From contig CP182352.1 in assembly GCA_048571215.1 (NCBI GenBank), positions 1,120,001-1,184,000 on the forward strand: a stretch of DNA of 64,000 bases. The letters run 5' to 3'. A model generated the notes under the pieces. That model worked only from the letters and a program-made list of their open reading frames with translations. It was not told the DNA's origin and made no database searches. Source of the stretch: Halarcobacter sp. Its GTDB lineage: Bacteria; Campylobacterota; Campylobacteria; Campylobacterales; Arcobacteraceae. A program made the translations under genes and the position numbers. Positions 61,013-64,000 of this stretch are shown in pieces; position 1 is the first letter of the stretch; the number at the start of each line of letters is the position of its first letter.

Positions 61013-62274
61013 TTTATAATCTCTCCTAAATAGTTTTTAATATATGGATAAATATCAGAAATATTTGCTCCATTATTACGACCTGTTAAAATATATTTTA
61101 GTGGTTCCAATAGTTTTTCTCCACTTAATGCAGTTTTTTGAGAAATATATTTTTCAAGTTCGTCAAAATCGTTAAAAAATGGCGCATCTTGCATACAAAG
61201 TTTTAACTCCACAAACTCATCTTCAAATCCGATACAAGTAGATTTAGGAGAAAAAATTAAGTCTATTTTCTCTTTTATCTCTTTTATTGTACTAGCTTCT
61301 TGTAAAAAAAGTTTTCCAAGTTTTCCTATATCAGCATCTGCAAAACCTAAGATTTTTGATAATCTCATCTCATCAATTGTTTCAAGATGTTTTTTATTTA
61401 TAAATTTTAGTTTTTCAATATCAAATTTTGTAGCTTCTTTTGAGATGTTTTTTATATCAAACCATTCTATAGCTTCTTCCAAAGAGAAAATTTCATTTGG
61501 AGTTTTATTTCCTAAGAGAACTAAATAGTTTGCAATGGCACTTGGTAAAAAACCCTCATCTATAAGTGATTTAACTGAGATTTTATCTGAAATAGTTGGT
61601 AAATGAATATAATTAATTTTTTTATCATATCCTAAAAGCTTTCTAAGATATATCTGTTTTGCAGTATTTGCTATATTCTTTTCATCTTTTATAACAATTG
61701 AGATATCGTATAACATATCATCAACTCCACAAGCATAATTATATGTAGGAGTTTTATCATGATTTAATATGATAAATGAGTCTATATCTAAAGGTGTATA
61801 TTCAAAATCTCTATTTAATAAATCAGTAAACTTTATATTTTCATTAGCTTTTGTAACTCTTACTGTAAATGGTGAATTTACATTTAAAACTGTTTCATCT
61901 GAAAGTTTTTCACAAAAACCATCATATACAAAAGGTTTTCCCTCTTTTTTTGCTTCTTCTTTTAGTTCATCTAGTTTCTCATCACTACAAAAACATGCAA
62001 AGGCTTTTTTCTTTGCCATAAGTTGCATCGCAAGTTTTTGGTGGTATTTTAGATTTTCACTTTGATAAGCAACTTGTTCAAAGTCAATAGAAAAAAGATT
62101 TAATAAATCTAAAATCTCTTTATCTTTCCCCTCAATATTTTTTTCTTTTTGTGTATCTTTTACTCGAATAAGCAGTTTTTCGTTTTTTTGTTTAGATATA
62201 ATATGATTAAATACTGCTTTTCTTAGATCTTCTATGTGCATATCAGCAGTTGGACTTAAGGCAAATCTTAACAA
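61009..62274 (-). CDS. gltX2: Glutamate--tRNA ligase 2 paralogue with degenerate HIGH and missing KMSKS motifs
   Basis: [46 protein letters not shown]; anticodon-binding domain present. Confidence 0.8.
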   Translation of the reverse strand: MLRFALSPTADMHIEDLRKAVFNHIISKQKNEKLLIRVKDTQKEKNIEGKDKEILDLLNLFSIDFEQVAYQSENLKYHQKLAMQLMAKKKAFACFCSDEKLDELKEEAKKEGKPFVYDGFCEKLSDETVLNVNSPFTVRVTKANENIKFTDLLNRDFEYTPLDIDSFIILNHDKTPTYNYACGVDDMLYDISIVIKDEKNIANTAKQIYLRKLLGYDKKINYIHLPTISDKISVKSLIDEGFLPSAIANYLVLLGNKTPNEIFSLEEAIEWFDIKNISKEATKFDIEKLKFINKKHLETIDEMRLSKILGFADADIGKLGKLFLQEASTIKEIKEKIDLIFSPKSTCIGFEDEFVELKLCMQDAPFFNDFDELEKYISQKTALSGEKLLEPLKYILTGRNNGANISDIYPYIKNYLGEIIK

Positions 62275-62275
62275 T

Positions 62276-63571
62276 TTATTTCCTTACTATAGAATATGAT
62301 AAATTTATAATCTCTTTATGAGATTCAATATAATTATTTAAATCTTCTAATTTAAGATTTTCTATATTTTCTAACTCTTTTTGAGTGTAATCTTGCTCTA
62401 ATCCCTTATAAAATAGAGTAAAAGCTTGATTTAATCTTTGATTTAAAGTTTCAGTTCTAAGTGGTTCACTACCTAGTAGGAAATCTCTTGCAGAATCTAG
62501 CTCTTCTTGTGTAACCCCTTTTTTTACAAATTTATTTACTATTTTACTAACTAATTCTTTTGCTTCATCTGCACTTTCTAATTTAGTTTGTAAGTAACCT
62601 GTAAAATAAGAGTATGATTTATTTATAGAGATATATCCATAGGCTGAATATGCTAAACCTCTTTTTACTCTAATCTCTTCCATAAGTCTTGAACCAAAAC
62701 CACTTCCACCTAAAATAAAAGAAGCAACTTTAGCTTTATATACATTTTCATCTTTAGGGTTTATCTTAAATGGGCTACCAAAATAGACATATGCTTGCTG
62801 TGTATCTTTTAAAATAGTATCAACTGTAGCTGAGTCGTTTGCTGTATACTTTTCAAATGAATTAGCACCCTTAGCCTTAATCACTTTTACAACTTTTTTG
62901 ATTTTTTTGATTAACTCATCATAATCAAAATCTCCACCTGCTACAATGATTAGATTATTTAAATCAATCGCTTTAGAGATAAACTTTTTTACATCTTCTA
63001 ACTTTATAGAAGAGATTGATTCAATTGTTCCTGAACTTGGATTTTCCAAAGGGGTACCTTTGAAAAGTATTTTTTTTAGATTATTACTTGCCATATAGTC
63101 ATAATCATTCTCTTTTCTTTTTAAAGAACCAATACTAATAGTTTTGACTTTTTCTAAAGTTTGCTTATCATAATTTGGGTCTTCTAATAACTCTTTTAAA
63201 AATTTTAAAGCCTCTTCATGTACATCTTTTAAAGATGAAAGTTCAATTACAAAGGTTTCAAAACCATTTGAGGTATGTAATGAAATCGCTTTATTTTCTA
63301 ATTTTGCAGCAAATTTTGTTGAACCTAGTTTTTTAGTCCCTTCATTTAAAAGTTTTGCTGATATTGAAGCAAGTCCACTTGTTTTTTTATCTTTCATATA
63401 ACCTGAGTTTTTAAATACCAATTGAAGGTTTAATATTGGTAAACTTTTGTCCTCTTCAAAAACTACAGGTATTTTTAAATTATCTATCTCTACATACTTT
63501 ATAGTTGCAGCCATTAAAAATCCTTGTAAAATTAGTGTTAATATAATATATTTTAATAATGATACTTTCAT
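62276..63571 (-). CDS. M16-family peptidase-like protein (non-catalytic type)
   Basis: [23 protein letters not shown]; no HxxEH. Confidence 0.88.
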   Translation of the reverse strand: MKVSLLKYIILTLILQGFLMAATIKYVEIDNLKIPVVFEEDKSLPILNLQLVFKNSGYMKDKKTSGLASISAKLLNEGTKKLGSTKFAAKLENKAISLHTSNGFETFVIELSSLKDVHEEALKFLKELLEDPNYDKQTLEKVKTISIGSLKRKENDYDYMASNNLKKILFKGTPLENPSSGTIESISSIKLEDVKKFISKAIDLNNLIIVAGGDFDYDELIKKIKKVVKVIKAKGANSFEKYTANDSATVDTILKDTQQAYVYFGSPFKINPKDENVYKAKVASFILGGSGFGSRLMEEIRVKRGLAYSAYGYISINKSYSYFTGYLQTKLESADEAKELVSKIVNKFVKKGVTQEELDSARDFLLGSEPLRTETLNQRLNQAFTLFYKGLEQDYTQKELENIENLKLEDLNNYIESHKEIINLSYSIVRK

Positions 63572-63579
63572 TATAAAGT

Positions 63580-64000
63580 TTAAAACCTTTCTAAAGTTTC
63601 ATAGGCAGTATTACGTTTTGCAGGATTCTCACCAACATCACGAATTAGTTGAATCATCTCATCTTGGTTCATGCAGTTTGAAGCACCTGCTGCTGCAACT
63701 ACATTTTCTTCCATCATGGTACTACCTAAATCATTTGCACCAAATTTTAGTGCCATTTGACCTATATAACTACCTTGGGTTACCCAAGAACTTTGGATAT
63801 TTTTAAAATTATCTAAATACAATCTTGAAACAGCAAGAAGTCTTAAGTATCTATTTGATGATTGAGGTTTTAAATCAGGTATCTCTTCTTTAAGTTTTGT
63901 ATTAGCACTTTGAAAAGACCACATAATAAATGCTCTAAAACCACCAGTTTCATCTTGTAGTTTTCTAATTCTTTCCCAGTGTTCAATTATCTCTTCATTT
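63580..64000 (-). CDS. mqnC: Dehypoxanthine futalosine cyclase, 3' part (5' end outside window)
   Basis: GGFRAFI.WSFQ, NIQSSWVTQG, GANDLGSTMMEENVV.AAGA. Confidence 0.92.
   Translation of the reverse strand, partial: NEEIIEHWERIRKLQDETGGFRAFIMWSFQSANTKLKEEIPDLKPQSSNRYLRLLAVSRLYLDNFKNIQSSWVTQGSYIGQMALKFGANDLGSTMMEENVVAAAGASNCMNQDEMIQLIRDVGENPAKRNTAYETLERF

Noticed and set aside
62276..63571. M16 peptidase lacking HxxEH as a novelty
   Set aside because: Non-catalytic M16B subunits are common

Overview
AT-rich window from a Campylobacterota genome, most like Arcobacteraceae (inferred from gene content: mqnC, second gltX, oadGAB-pckA, RibB fused to a degenerate RibA domain). Four parts. (1) 1-13.5 kb: a type I secretion locus (ABC + HlyD) followed by an output-less Cache-like membrane protein, a MotA/MotB-type (SiiB/SiiA-like) pair, a 1505-aa TolC fused to four DamX-type SPOR-like domains and a long E/K/A-rich helix, a degenerate GGDEF-EAL (LapD-like) protein, a lipoprotein and a Sel1 protein. 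(2) 13.6-37.0 kb: a 23.4-kb decaying genomic island integrated in a tRNA-Glu, bounded by a 54-bp direct repeat, with an integrase relic and IS3/IS256 remnants. It carries surface-glycan genes: CDP-3,6-dideoxyhexose pathway, Wzx, glycosyltransferases, sulfo- and methyltransferases, and an SGNH-SGNH-MBOAT-SxtJ-SxtK-carbamoyltransferase module whose unannotated 47-aa peptide ends in a DltX-like FxYxxF motif. (3) 37-44.5 kb: luciferase-like monooxygenase, Cache-PAS sensor, CheB-CheR-kinase hybrid, a c-di-GMP-I riboswitch and three tRNAs. (4) 44.5-64 kb: housekeeping genes, including a GluRS2 paralogue and an Slt homologue whose catalytic motifs are degenerate. All calls come from motif reading by eye; no database searches were run.
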